The notes beneath the pieces were generated by a model that did not search any database, was not told the DNA's origin, and saw nothing but the letters and a program-made list of their open reading frames with translations. The translations under genes were made by a program, and so were the position numbers. 64,000 nt of DNA. Source: Eledone cirrhosa. Taxonomy: Eukaryota. Positions 40,869 to 53,106 of the stretch are shown one piece after another. Within the stretch, counting starts at the first letter, position 1. The number at the start of each line of letters is the position of its first letter. Where the stretch lies: the NCBI GenBank assembly GCA_964016885.1, contig OZ024742.1:48856001-48920000 (forward strand), given 5' to 3'.

Positions 40869-41975
40869 AGTACTAATAATACAAAGAGAAAGCACAATAC
40901 ATGAACAAATAGATTTAATTAAATTACCGCAGATATCACTGGGGTGGGAGATCTGGTCATATACTTCAGTACTATTTTGATTTAATCATAGTGTTGTCTT
41001 CAAATCTAGTCTACAAGAAACGTCTTCTGTTTACAAAAGAAATTCATCTCGAAATATTAGGTCCTCCAACAAATTGTGCTATCATTATTTTTCACATTCG
41101 ATGTTATATTTGCAGTCCACTAAAAAAACATACAAAATACAAACTATATTTTTTAACGGTACTAAATTATTATGTAGATACTTTTCTCTAAAGGAAGGGA
41201 ACCCTTTCATTTGATTCATGATAACTTCTATCAAATGAACAGTGATAATGATTATTAAAATTATATTGAAAATTAACCAACGCTGAGATAATAAATGTGA
41301 TAGTGTAGCGCCAATGATGTTCTAGTTGGAATTAGAAGCATCAAGGGAATAGTTAACAAATGTGAATACAACAACTCTGTTATATACTCACATCCAACTT
41401 GCTAATGAGCCTAATACTTCACCTCTGCAATGCCTTCTCAAGAACGGCGACGAAATTAAATGATCTCGCTCATCATCTCATATATATATATGACGCACTT
41501 GGGATACTTATTCTTGGATATTTGTGTGATTCGGCAAAAGTTATAACTTGTCATTACCTGTCCCTATTGTCCTAATGTCTACTGGAATGAACAGTATGAA
41601 CCTTAATTAACTGAATCCGTAGTGATTTACAGAGGTTGACTGAGGACATGGTCTTTCCGTTATTTTTTTCAATTTTATTTATTGTCCTTGTACTGTACTG
41701 TACATATTTTGAATTCAAATCCTAAAGACTTAGTCATGCGGGATTTTTTCGAATATATGTATATATATATATATATATGTGTGTGTGTGCGTGTGTGTGT
41801 GTCTAGATAGTTTGAGCATGTTGTCACAGTGGGCAAGTTGGGCTGGCCAACCGCGTTGTGCGCATATGCTGCAATTTTAACATGGCCTCTACAGCTGGAT
41901 GCCCTTCCTACTCCCATGTACACGGGCACGCACATATATATACATATATATACACCCCCCCACACACACACACTC

Positions 41976-42012
<37 letters not shown>

Positions 42013-42239
42013 CATATATACATATTTATATAGCGCTATATGCATAAATACATATATTCCTGTATGTACTGTATGTGTGTGAGTGTGTGTATGTGCTTGT
42101 GTGTGGTTGCATTATGCCTACTAGCAGAAAAGCCACCCTCGGGCGGTTCTCTGCTAGCATATGTAGTGTGCGTATTGGTATTACACGCAAATATATCTAT
42201 GCATATAGATATATGTAAATTGAAAAGTAAATTGACAAT

Positions 42240-42895
42240 ATCTTCATCTTCTTCGCCCACTTATTTCTGAAAGGGTCGTAGGGGCAGTGTCATCTAAAGC
42301 ACTCCTTACAGTGAGTATATCAGAAGCAAACATCTCTAACTGATCCAGCTGGATCCCAAAGCGTGACCAGCCAAGCTCATGGCTGTTATCCAACTATCTT
42401 CCTCAGAGTCCACCTCTGGGTCTCTTGGCGGTTAATTTTTCCTGTAATATGTCCAGTGATTCTTTCCTGATACATTTTAACCACATGCCCATAGTATCAG
42501 AGCTGTGATTTGTCAATTTGGAGAAGTAGCGGCTCTACCCGGAGTAACTCTCTGATCTCTGAGCTATGCACGTTATCTAGTAACTTTACTCCGAAGACCA
42601 TTCGGAGGAACCCCATTTCTGCCGCTTGTATTTGCAATTGTATTATTTCGGTCATTACCCAAGATTCATGAACTTAGGTAAGGGTTGGCAGGAATACCAG
42701 GAAGACAGCGAAAGTGGCTTTTACACCTACCTCCCATTTTTCTGATTACTAAATGCTGAAGCTGGCGCATTACTTTATAAGCTTTTAAGATTCTTGCACT
42801 TAATTCAGCCTCCTGCCTTCCATCACTCATGAACATGGCTCCGAGATACTTTAACGTCTCTATCTGCTTCAGTAGAACTCTATTCACATGTATAT
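42240..42895 (-). mobile_element. 3' fragment of an RTE-clade LINE
   Basis: LKQIETLKYLGAMFMSDGRQEAELSARI; ESWVMTEIIQLQIQAAEMGFLRMVFGVKLLDNVHSSEIRELLRVEPLLLQI; YYGHVVKM..KRPRG. Confidence 0.82.
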
Positions 42896-43094
42896 AAATT
42901 TGAAAGACTTCTGTCCATCAGTCCGTCACACAATGTATGTGTGTTTGTGTGAATGTATATGCGAGTAACTGGAATGAAGGGGATACACATATATAAATGT
43001 CTCTAACTTAAAAAAAGTGACACACACACGCGTCTCTAATTTAAGAATACCGATAAACTCACGCGCGCGCACATATAGATTCTGCCATATTACC

Positions 43095-43790
43095 ACTTAA
43101 GAGCTTTGGCCCGGGCAAACATCCGCTCAGTCTTAGAACAGTCTGGGTTGTCCAGAATTTACGGGTAAGGTCCTGATTTTCTTACCCTATGTCCCAGATC
43201 AAGAGACAAGTTCCTTATCTGGGATGTCACAGTTAGTGACTCTTTAGCTTCTTCCCACATCCTGGGTGTAGCGGTAAGGGTGACAGCTATATCATCCGCA
43301 ACTGAACGGAACAAAATCCTAAAATACCGTCATCTGTTGGCTAACTATATTTTGCAGCCTGTGGCGTTCGAGACATTTGGGGATTCGGGCTACTGACAGC
43401 GAATTTTTATCTTCACTGGCGGCTCACCAAATAGATGATTAGTGATGCTCGTGAGGGCACTTGGTTGTTCCAACCCCTCAGCTTCACCATCACCCGAGGT
43501 AACGCTGCGAGCGCGCTGGCTTCCCTCGAAAATTATTAAAGAGGTTTCCCATTGCTTCTCGCTATATTTTTATCGTTTGCTCTGGTAGTGGCTCGTTTTT
43601 CCACCCCTGTCGCCTGCCTTTTTTGTATGCAGTCCTAAATGTGTGTATTACCTGCATGTGTGGGCTTTTTTCTCTTTCTTTTTGTTCCTTTCCCTTTCCT
43701 TTGTATATATTATATTTGTTTGTGTTTTTCCTTCTGTAAGCATTATATTATTACATGTTTATACAACTTTGAATAAACATTTAACAAGTG
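43095..43790 (+). mobile_element. 3' fragment of a CRE-like non-LTR retrotransposon (RLE domain plus 3' UTR)
   Basis: LKRALARANIRSVLEQSGLSRIYG*GPDFLTLCP...LIWDVTVSDSLA...ERNKILKYRHL..YILQPVAFETFG...LFQPLSFTITRGNAASAL; not shown in the ORF track. Confidence 0.78.
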
Positions 43791-45481
43791 AGTTTTTTTT
43801 TTTAAAGAGAGTTAAACTGTCGTTAATGAATAAATAAAATGTTATACTTCATTTCACGGTCCCATTTTCAATTTATCGAATGCTGTTATCATGATTATGT
43901 GAATGTGTGGCATTTGTGTAATTGTATATGCGTGTTTTTGTGAATGTATGTATGTGTTTGTGTGAAAGTATGTGTATTTGTGTGAATACATGTCCGTGAG
44001 TGTGTATTTTTGTGTGTCTGTGTTTCCGCGATTATAGTTATATACTCATACATATAAATCTATGTATATGCACATACACACATACATGTCAGTGTGTTGA
44101 AAAATAAATCCTAATCTCTTCATCTTTCTCTTTCACTCTGTCTCTCTCTCTCTCTCTCTCTCTCTATGTATATATATATATATATATATATTTGTCACAT
44201 AGTCACTTTATCTGTATTTCTCTCTATCTTTCTCGCTTTGTTTATATATATATATGGTAGTTGAAGCGGTGGTGGTGCTGGCGATAGACCGGAAGTGTTG
44301 AAATTTGAAACTTTTAAACGAAGTGAATCTTGAAATAAGCAATAAAATTATTTATGTTTAATCAAAAGTGACGGAATTGAAACATAAATTATGTAATATT
44401 CATTCATTATTTATTCAAAGTAATCCAACTTATTTTACTAACGGGATAAAACAATATTAACAGGATACAGTCCCCAACTCACTTTATTATAGTTAGATGT
44501 ATGTATATATGCATTTATATATGTATGCAATACGCTCCGGCTACAATAAACATTTCATGACGAGTGGCAAATATTATCATGTTTGAGGGCTGTCTTTATT
44601 ACTATAGTATATATTGTATTGTTGATTAAGTAAAAAAAAAAAACTTTAATTTTGTGTGCATCTTCCAACCCTACTAACTGGCTCTGTAAGGAGGTTATAG
44701 TAACCCTGAATTATTGCAAAGCTTATGTTAATGTAACTGGTATTGAATATTTATTTGCAGCTCACTAGTAAAGTTTTCTGAAAAATAGATATTGTCAAGA
44801 ATTGTAAACGCATAAAAATTGTAGATTATTTTTCATAAATAATCAATTCAACCTTCTATGCTAATATATATATGTATGTTATATATGTGTGCATTATTAC
44901 ACTTCTGCATATCTCATATATACAGTATATATGTACAGTTATACATCACAGTATTACATATATGGTAAGTGTGTCTTCTACACATTACCGTTATTTTTCT
45001 CTTCACATAAATCTGATCTTCTTCCGGTTCACACTTTTCTCTCGGCTTCTACGTTCATATTTTCTCTTTCAATCAAACGCTTTGATCTTATCGTCTATTT
45101 TAGTTCCTTTTATCTTGTTTTCCTTTTTTGTTATTGAAAATATTCTTTTACAATTTTAGATATTACTTGTGTTAAAATTAAAATATCTGTCTCAGCGGAA
45201 ATTCACCTCAACCAAATTCCAAGACCACCACCGTCACCAATAAGATGTATATGCCACCTACCAGCTAAGTTTATTACCTGAATGGGGGACACGATCTAAT
45301 ATTATTTCTTTGAGTCTACCAACAAATGGTTATGACTGTATTATACGATGAAATATTTGCGTGAATATATAAACGAGGAGTTTTGCTGTATCTACTTCCA
45401 TATATATTTTATGTGAGATCAAATCTTTCTCTCGTGCACTCTATATAATAATATATACTAATAATCTGCTGCTCCTGCTGC

Positions 45482-45516
45482 CGGTGGTGGTGGTGGTGGT
45501 GGTGGTGGTGGTGGTT

Positions 45517-45562
<46 letters not shown>

Positions 45563-45600
45563 CAGAGTAGCAGTAGCAGTAGTAGAAGCAGCAGCGGCAG
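45482..45600. repeat. Compound (GGT)n(AGT)n(AGC)n microsatellite
   Basis: Directly visible. Confidence 0.95.
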
Positions 45601-46454
45601 CATTGGCAGTAATTCTAAGTGATGCCTTATGGCCAGGTCGTACTTAATGAAACAATTTATGGCCGAAGATGTTCATCACGTTGTATCTAGAATTTTATTT
45701 TCCTTTGCTTCATGCCTTTTAAGAGTGTGTGTGTATGTATGAGTTAATAGTAGGATGTGAGTCAGTTGTGTTGGCAATTATATTGATGTGACCGCAGTTT
45801 TCTCCAACTGCGTTATCACATCACCTGTCGCCGAGATCCACAACTTGGTGGAGTTCGGCCGCTACCGTACTGTGTCAAAAACATCGCTTGTTGGCACAAA
45901 TTATCAGTATATATCTGGCTCTTTATTTTAACTACACTGGAATACGATCTGAATTTAGAACGTAAGGAATTTTCTCTATCGCTCTGACGTTTCAGCTAAT
46001 CCGACCATTTTGAAAATTTTATCTGCCACTGAATTATTCAAATGTATTATTTTTAAAACTGTAAGGTGTTAGTTGAAGGTGATTTGGCTATTATATCCTG
46101 TAGCTCGAGCGACCACCTACATGTTTCTTTAGTAACTACCCAGCTAATTTTATATGGTCGTGGCGGTGCAATTCCACTGCTCATGGAACTCTATTTAATT
46201 CTAGAATTATGTTACTTCATATCCTGTTGTACAGATACTTCTTCTTCTCTGAGATTGAATAAATAAATAAAATTGTTGTTATAGCTTAACTTATGATCTA
46301 TTATTTCCGAACAGATCTATAATTAAATCGTTACATTTAAGATTACTACAAACTTTGCTTTGGTCAGTGGAAATTCTACTGCATTATACAATGAATTCCT
46401 TTTTTTAATTCTGATTCTCACACACAGAACCGTCTATAATTGCATTGGAAGTAC

Positions 46455-47098
46455 GGCCTTTTAACTATAACATAATCTTTACGTGGCTAATGTTTGTATT
46501 TAAAACCTAAAGTTGTATTTGCATCATTGTATGTATTTATGTATTAAATCCTTGTTCGTTTCTCAACTGATATATCTCAATATATCATTTAAAAATATAT
46601 TATATTATTGATGCTCTGAACAGAAGTTTATTTACTGAGAAACATTATCTATACATATTTTATACGTATTGATTAGAACAAAATTTAAGTTATTTCTGCT
46701 CCTAATTTCTCTAAATTAGTGTTGGGCTTACTGAAATGGATTCACCTGGAGCTTTTTCTAGCACTCCTTAAAACCTGTTCTATTTTAGCGAAAACCTAAA
46801 CATACCCACGAAGAGTTTCATGGTCTTGATTGAGGTTCGCATTAATCAATGAATGGTGATCAATAATAATTACTGTAATCGATTGTGAACATTCAATATT
46901 CTCTGATTCTTAGAAACATATCTGTCTATGATTGGATGTCCATATTTCGAACTAAGTCCTTTTAAATATAATATAATCTTTACGTGAGTAATGTTTTTTT
47001 TATTTAACTCCTAAGGTTTTATTTGCATATGTACATATGTATTAAATTCTAGTTAGTTTCTCAATTGATATACCTCAATATATCATTTCTAAATATAT
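46455..47098. repeat. Diverged direct repeat of ~140 bp at ~500-bp spacing
   Basis: ATAATCTTTACGTG...ATTTGCAT...TTTCTCAA.TGATATA.CTCAATATATCATTT at ~46472-46590 and ~46973-47088. Confidence 0.8.
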
Positions 47099-47125
47099 AA
47101 ATATAAATATAAATATATATATATT

Positions 47126-47278
47126 TAATATAGACATTGTTTCTACAGGACTAGAAATGTTTCATGATTTCTCCCGAATGAAACAGTTCTAGTCTTGTAA
47201 AAGCCATTTCTATATTAGATATTAATACTCTATGTATTGAGTACCTTACTTACTGTGGTTAACCCGATTGAACCCGGG

Positions 47279-47282
<4 letters not shown>
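47126..47282 (+). mobile_element. Family 2 hairpin-plus-tail element in (TA)n
   Basis: Arms TAATATAGA..TTCTACAGGACTAGAAATGTTTCAT / ATGAAACAGTTCTAGTCTTGTAAAAGCCATTTCTATATTA, tail containing GTATTGAGTAC, ending at (TA)n. Confidence 0.75.
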
Positions 47283-47325
<43 letters not shown>

Positions 47326-47345
47326 GGCGAAAGCAGAGGAGACGT

Positions 47346-47387
47346 GGCTCTGATGAACACCAATCAGCGTGAAACAGACTGTCATCT
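47346..47387 (+). ncRNA. Degenerate type I hammerhead motif inside a larger inverted repeat (47321-47410)
   Basis: GGCT-CTGATGA-ACACCAATCAGCGT-GAAAC-AGACT-GTC-ATCT; core and GUC triplet intact, stems I and II weakened. Confidence 0.55.
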
Positions 47388-48095
47388 TCTCTCCCTTCTT
47401 TCGCTGAAAAGAAGTAAGTGACATAGTCACTACTTTAAAACTGAGAGCGTATGGGCTTCTAAATGTTAAACATACGGTATTTTGCCAAATATACTATACA
47501 TACATTCACATATACATATATATATATATTTGAACAAAGGACTAACTTTGGGATGGACGTAGAAAAATTCTTCAGGAAAAAAAGAAAAAATAATTATTCA
47601 CAAACTTGACAGGTGCGATTTGCCTGTGACCATTCTCAACACAAAAGCAATGCTAAAAGCTTTTTCCCCTGAATAAAGGAATGTTTCGAGAATGACCGGG
47701 GCAGGCCGCACTTGCTACATTTCTCCCCACCCAACCCTACTCACCGTCACAACTCATTACTGCTATGAACACTTTTTCAACACACCTACACCCATGCACT
47801 TATTAAAGGGGGGGAAAAGAAACCCCCACCACACCACAGACATGTTAAATCCCTATATATAGAACAACACACCACATACACATCAGTTTGACAAGCGCAC
47901 CTCAGCGTGAAAGGTCTTTCTAAAAACGAAACAATACCTCCTACGTTAACCAAGAACTCCTAAGACCTAACCAACAACCAACAACTTAATTTATAAAATA
48001 ATTTTTTTTAAGAAAAACTCTTTTTGGATTTTGTGAAGAAAATAAATTTGTTGAAAGCACAAGTGAAGCCATTTTTTCTTCCCCCCTGTCTTAAT

Positions 48096-48562
<467 letters not shown>

Positions 48563-48594
48563 CAGTAATCAAAGTTCAGTTTAAGTCATTTATT

Positions 48595-48641
48595 TGCTTA
48601 CAATTGTTTCCTCCAAACCGAGGTTTGGATTCTTCGGAGCA
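48595..48641 (-). ncRNA. Minimal type I hammerhead motif at the 3' end of the Penelope element
   Basis: Minus strand: TGCT-CCGAAGA-ATCCAAACC-TC-GGTTTGGAG-GAAAC-AATT-GTA-AGCA; 4-bp stem I, long stem II, palindromic AATT loop; core variant CCGAAGA instead of CUGANGA. Confidence 0.68.
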
Positions 48642-50184
48642 GCTATTTATAACATACTTGACCTCCTTTTCAACCCAAGAGACACATAAAACATATGCGC
48701 ATATTGATCAACAGTGGGGTGACATTCATCAAATGAAATAGCATGGCAATTTACATATAAAGTGTTACATGATAAAAATAAAATAAAATAAAATAAAAGC
48801 AAGAGTGAAAATAAGAGTGAAAATAAAGATAAACATGAAGCGTTGGCAGTCTATGAAGATAAAGCAAGAGGAAAGCTTAGAGTAGTCAGTGCATGAAGCA
48901 ATCTCCCGTGTAGCATGCACGCTTGTCTTATCTATACATGATTAGAGTGCGTCAGGATGATATTTGCAGGGTCAGGCAGTTGAAGCAGGCAATCAATCTT
49001 ATTATATAGGCTGAATTATTAAGTCATTTATTCTCATACATCTGTATGATATACAGTCTCGGATGCGGGGAAACACCAAAATGTCAAAAACCTTCAACAT
49101 ACTATAAACCTTATTGTATCGTAGGCAAGGTCGTACCACTGTCCTTGCTCACACCACCACTCACATAATCCATGAGACGCAATATATATATAGAGAGAAC
49201 ACGCGTCTATCGTATAATTCGCAGTGGTTCAGCATATAGTCAAGCTATAAACCGTATCCAGTCGGTTCTTAATTAATATATCATGCTGTCCAAATTCCGG
49301 AAGTGCCTGAATGATTAAGGGGAATTAATGCGTAAGGGAGGTAACTAGCTAGTTATTTTAGTTACATGACTATGCTAAACTACATTAATGGTGATTCAAA
49401 TACGTGCCTATCATGTGAAGTTATAACTAATATCTAGAGTACGGTACCCATTTATAGGTTAGAGAGTTGTTCATTAAGAAGTACAAGGGTGTATATACTA
49501 GGATGATTGTCAACCATTAATTAAGGGGTGTCATATCTGAACGTTCTATAAGAGGAGTCAGACTCTCAAGTCACTGCTCTATGCAAATGTAATACAACAG
49601 TAGGACCTGGTATGGTCCCACTATTATATATGCCACCCGGTAGGCTTGCCTGCATCTCCAGTAAATCTTCGGTATGGTCCGGAGATCCGATCTCTCATAT
49701 AAATGCACTAGTCTGGCCATCGGGTAATAGACAACCCCCGTCTCAAATATAAATCAATTATGTATCACATCTCCAAGCTAGAGTGGAGTCTATTAATAGG
49801 TATTAAAGGAGTCCACGTCAAGATGATTACGTGCATAATTCAATGAACTGATCGCTTACAGTATATAATCACTTAACAATACGAATATCTATCTAATCAT
49901 CAATCTATCTCTTGGTGGTAATCCATGCACAGGACTATGCCATCACAACCAGTACCGTGTCCCCAGTTTATACTAATCTTATATTTGTGCAATGCAGAAA
50001 AAGTAGTCCACGGTCGGGACATCAGTATTAGAGGTACAAGGGGGTATTCCCAGGGTAGGTGGCACTCAAATGCTGTCAGTATCATCATTAGAGTATAGAG
50101 ATGGGTGTGGATGTGAGGTGTAAGGTGTGCTACTGATGTTAATTGCTAGGGGTGGTGCCGTTTCCAGTCTGACATTATTATATA

Positions 50185-51610
50185 TAGGGTTTAAAGTTTT
50201 GGAACGAGTGTCGGAAGCGGTGTTGGCAATTTGCGAACACTTCTGATTTTTTATTAAGGAGATTATGTTTAGAGAAGATGATAGTATGGGTCTCTAGTAG
50301 ACAGAGGTTACAAAATATATCAGGTGGTTTGTACGATGTTGCACTACCTACCACTTCCCATTTAAGTGTATATATTTTATTTTTAGTTTTTAGATAGTGT
50401 ATGTAGCTAGATAGTGAAGTGGAGACTGTGTTTTTTGAAAGAGTGGAGGTGCGAATTGTATCTAGTTTTGAAGCAGTTAGAAGTGGCGCCTATGTAGCTT
50501 TCAGAAGAGCTGTTAGTTGTGACTGTACATGAGTATATGATATCCTTGGTTAAGCATTTTTTATCTAAAGGGCAGGTTCTACTTGATCTACAGTTACAAT
50601 TACTCTGGGTGCTAGTCTGCCGGTTACTATGCTGTGTAGAAGTTTGGAGGTTAGCTATAGGGTTATGGTTATGCGGGTTGTGGTACGCAGCGTTAATGTT
50701 TACACTAGTGCTATTACTACTATTTCCATTGATATTACGGTTATTTGTTATAATGTTACTTTGACAGTTATTTTGAATGTTATTTTGAAGGTTTATCGAC
50801 CGTTGTGATTTAGTTTGTTGGAAGTAAGAATTAATTTTTCTTTTATTTGTACTAGCTATGTGGTATGCTAAGTTAGGCGTAGTAGAGTATGAGATCTTAA
50901 TAGTGTTTTTGTTTAAAAGGCCGTGGTACCTGTGGCCGGATGGGAAGTGTTTATCTAGTAGTGAGAAGAAAGCCCTAGGAAGGTTGGTAGAGACGTTTAA
51001 ATTGAAAGGAGGGTTGAAAAATGTATTATTTCTTCTTCTATTTCTGTTTTTTTATGTCTGGTGATTTGTTTCCTTTAATGTTCCTATGGTCATTTCTGTG
51101 GTGCGGGTTACTCTTGTTGTTACAATCCCTATTAGTGTGTGTGCAGTTGCTATTCTTATTATTAAGTTTTCCCATGGACATGTTGTGTGAAATGATGTTG
51201 TAGCTATGTGTTTTTGTAGGTAGGAACTCTATCCCTGTATTATGGCCTGATCTAGCTAATGCCTGATTATAATACTGCGAGTTATTGTTAAATGTGTTTA
51301 TGTCATAGGATAGATTAGAGATTCTATTAGATACTCCCTTAGAGATAGAGTTCAATATAGATTTAGGGTGGTTAGACTTTGTATCTACGTAGATGAGTTT
51401 TTCATTAGGTTTGTGGAAAGGTGCATATATCATTGAGTCTAAGTAGAGTGTGGGGTCTAGGAAATTGACGTTTTTGGTGTTTTTGTCCATGGTAATACTA
51501 AGGTTAAAGTTTTTGAATGTTTTGTGCCATAGTTTTCTAGTCCTTTCTATATTGAATTTTTTATAGTCTATAAGTAGAAGTGCATCGTCGCGATACAAAC
51601 CACCGCTGAT
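50185..51610 (-). pseudogene. Penelope RT (partial) plus GIY-YIG endonuclease
   Basis: GGLYRDDALL; VNFLDPTL; FHKPNEKLIYVDTKSNHP; then, after a frame change, FFNPPFNLNVSTNL..LLDKHFP..NKNTIKISYSTTPNL; CNCRSSRTCPLDKKCLTKDIIYSC..SYIGATSNCFKTRYNSH; CNLCLLE; LLNKKSEVFANCQH. Confidence 0.9.
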
Positions 51611-51624
51611 GTACGGAATATATA

Positions 51625-51870
51625 TATATTAATAAGAGGAATTCCAACTTTGTCTGATTTACGCGTTTTATTTACAATCCTTTAAAATTTATAATGGTAT
51701 TATAATGAAATAGTATGATAGAATATTAAATTCTAAGTGTTAATTGAACAATTAACACTTAGAATTTAATATTCTATCATACTATTTCATTATAATACCA
51801 TTATAAATTTTAAAGGATTGTAAATAAAACGAGTAAATCAGACAAAGTTGGAATTCCTCTTATTAATATA
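51625..51870. repeat. Near-perfect palindrome, 122-bp arms and 2-nt loop
   Basis: 51625-51746 is the reverse complement of 51749-51870, with one mismatch seen. Confidence 0.95.
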
Positions 51871-51902
51871 ATCTTCTATACACAATCATACAAACCTGTG
51901 TA

Positions 51903-52095
<193 letters not shown>

Positions 52096-52608
52096 ATACT
52101 TTCGAGGGTCATGTTGCCAATAAAAACACACACACACACCTATTGATTTTCACTTCAATTTATTATAAATTTCCGGTTGGGTGGTTGGTTCGTTAAACGG
52201 AATGTTGTTTATATATTGTAAAAGCTCTTTCGTCACGAATTCTATCACCTCCTCAGTGACTAGTTTTATTTTGTGTGTCTCTCCTTTGTTCTGTCCTACA
52301 CCAGCTTGTTTTTGTGTGTTGTGCGTTGTGTGCCTAGTTTGCGCATGCGTTACATACGTGTGTGTGTATTTATTTATTTATGTGTTTATTTATTTATCAC
52401 TGGTTGGCTGTTTGTTCTATCTGTGTGTGTCTGATTTGTTTTGTTAGTTTGGTTTTTGTGTGTCTTAAATGAATACAATGTATTTTCGATAGGTTTCGCA
52501 TTTAGGCTGAAAACAAATTTTCAATGTTTGTATTGGCTCTGTTGGTGGTAATTTGGCGCTGGTGAGTAGATTTTTAAGTGATTTTGGTGAGTCTTTTTTA
52601 CTTTTGAT

Positions 52609-52682
<74 letters not shown>

Positions 52683-52693
52683 ATATATATATA

Positions 52694-52750
<57 letters not shown>

Positions 52751-52785
52751 GTAATCTGACTTTTTCGGATATTAATTATAACATT

Positions 52786-52906
52786 CGATTCGTTTGCAAT
52801 TATCCAAACAAGCCTCAATTTTATAGCCATGTCAGTAGAGTGAACACTTCATTCTACTGACATGGCTATAAAATTGAGGTTTGTTTGCATAATTGCAAAC
52901 GAATCG
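52786..52906. repeat. Palindrome with ~58-bp arms
   Basis: CGATTCGTTTGCAATTAT...GCCATGTCAGTAGAGTGAA-CAC-TTCATTCTACTGACATGGC...ATAATTGCAAACGAATCG. Confidence 0.92.
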
Positions 52907-53003
52907 GTTAACTTTGACTTTCATCCTTACGGGCTCGATAAAATAAAGTACCAGTAATGTACTGGGTAATTTCTGGCCTTGTACCAATAGTAGAAACAAT
53001 TAT
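52907..53003 (+). mobile_element. 5'-truncated SINE
   Basis: GTTAACTTTGACTTTCATCCTTACGGG..GATAAAATAAAGTACCAGTAATG...TAGAAACAATTATT. Confidence 0.85.
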
Positions 53004-53060
53004 TAATATCCGAAAAACTCAGATTGCATTTATTGTATTCAGCCATGTAGAGCGAAATTT

Positions 53061-53104
<44 letters not shown>

Positions 53105-53106
<2 letters not shown>

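Larger units (their letters stand above)
48560..51617 (-). mobile_element. 5'-truncated Penelope-like element (Neptune-type)
   Basis: RT C-terminal half, linker and GIY-YIG endonuclease, then ~1.5 kb of non-coding sequence ending in a hammerhead motif next to a microsatellite. Assigning 48560-50180 to the element is inference. Confidence 0.75.

Noticed and set aside
42118-42160. Helitron-like end (hairpin plus CTAG)
   Set aside because: CTAGCAGAAAAGCC...GGTTCTCTGCTAG is a single short hairpin with no other Helitron evidence.
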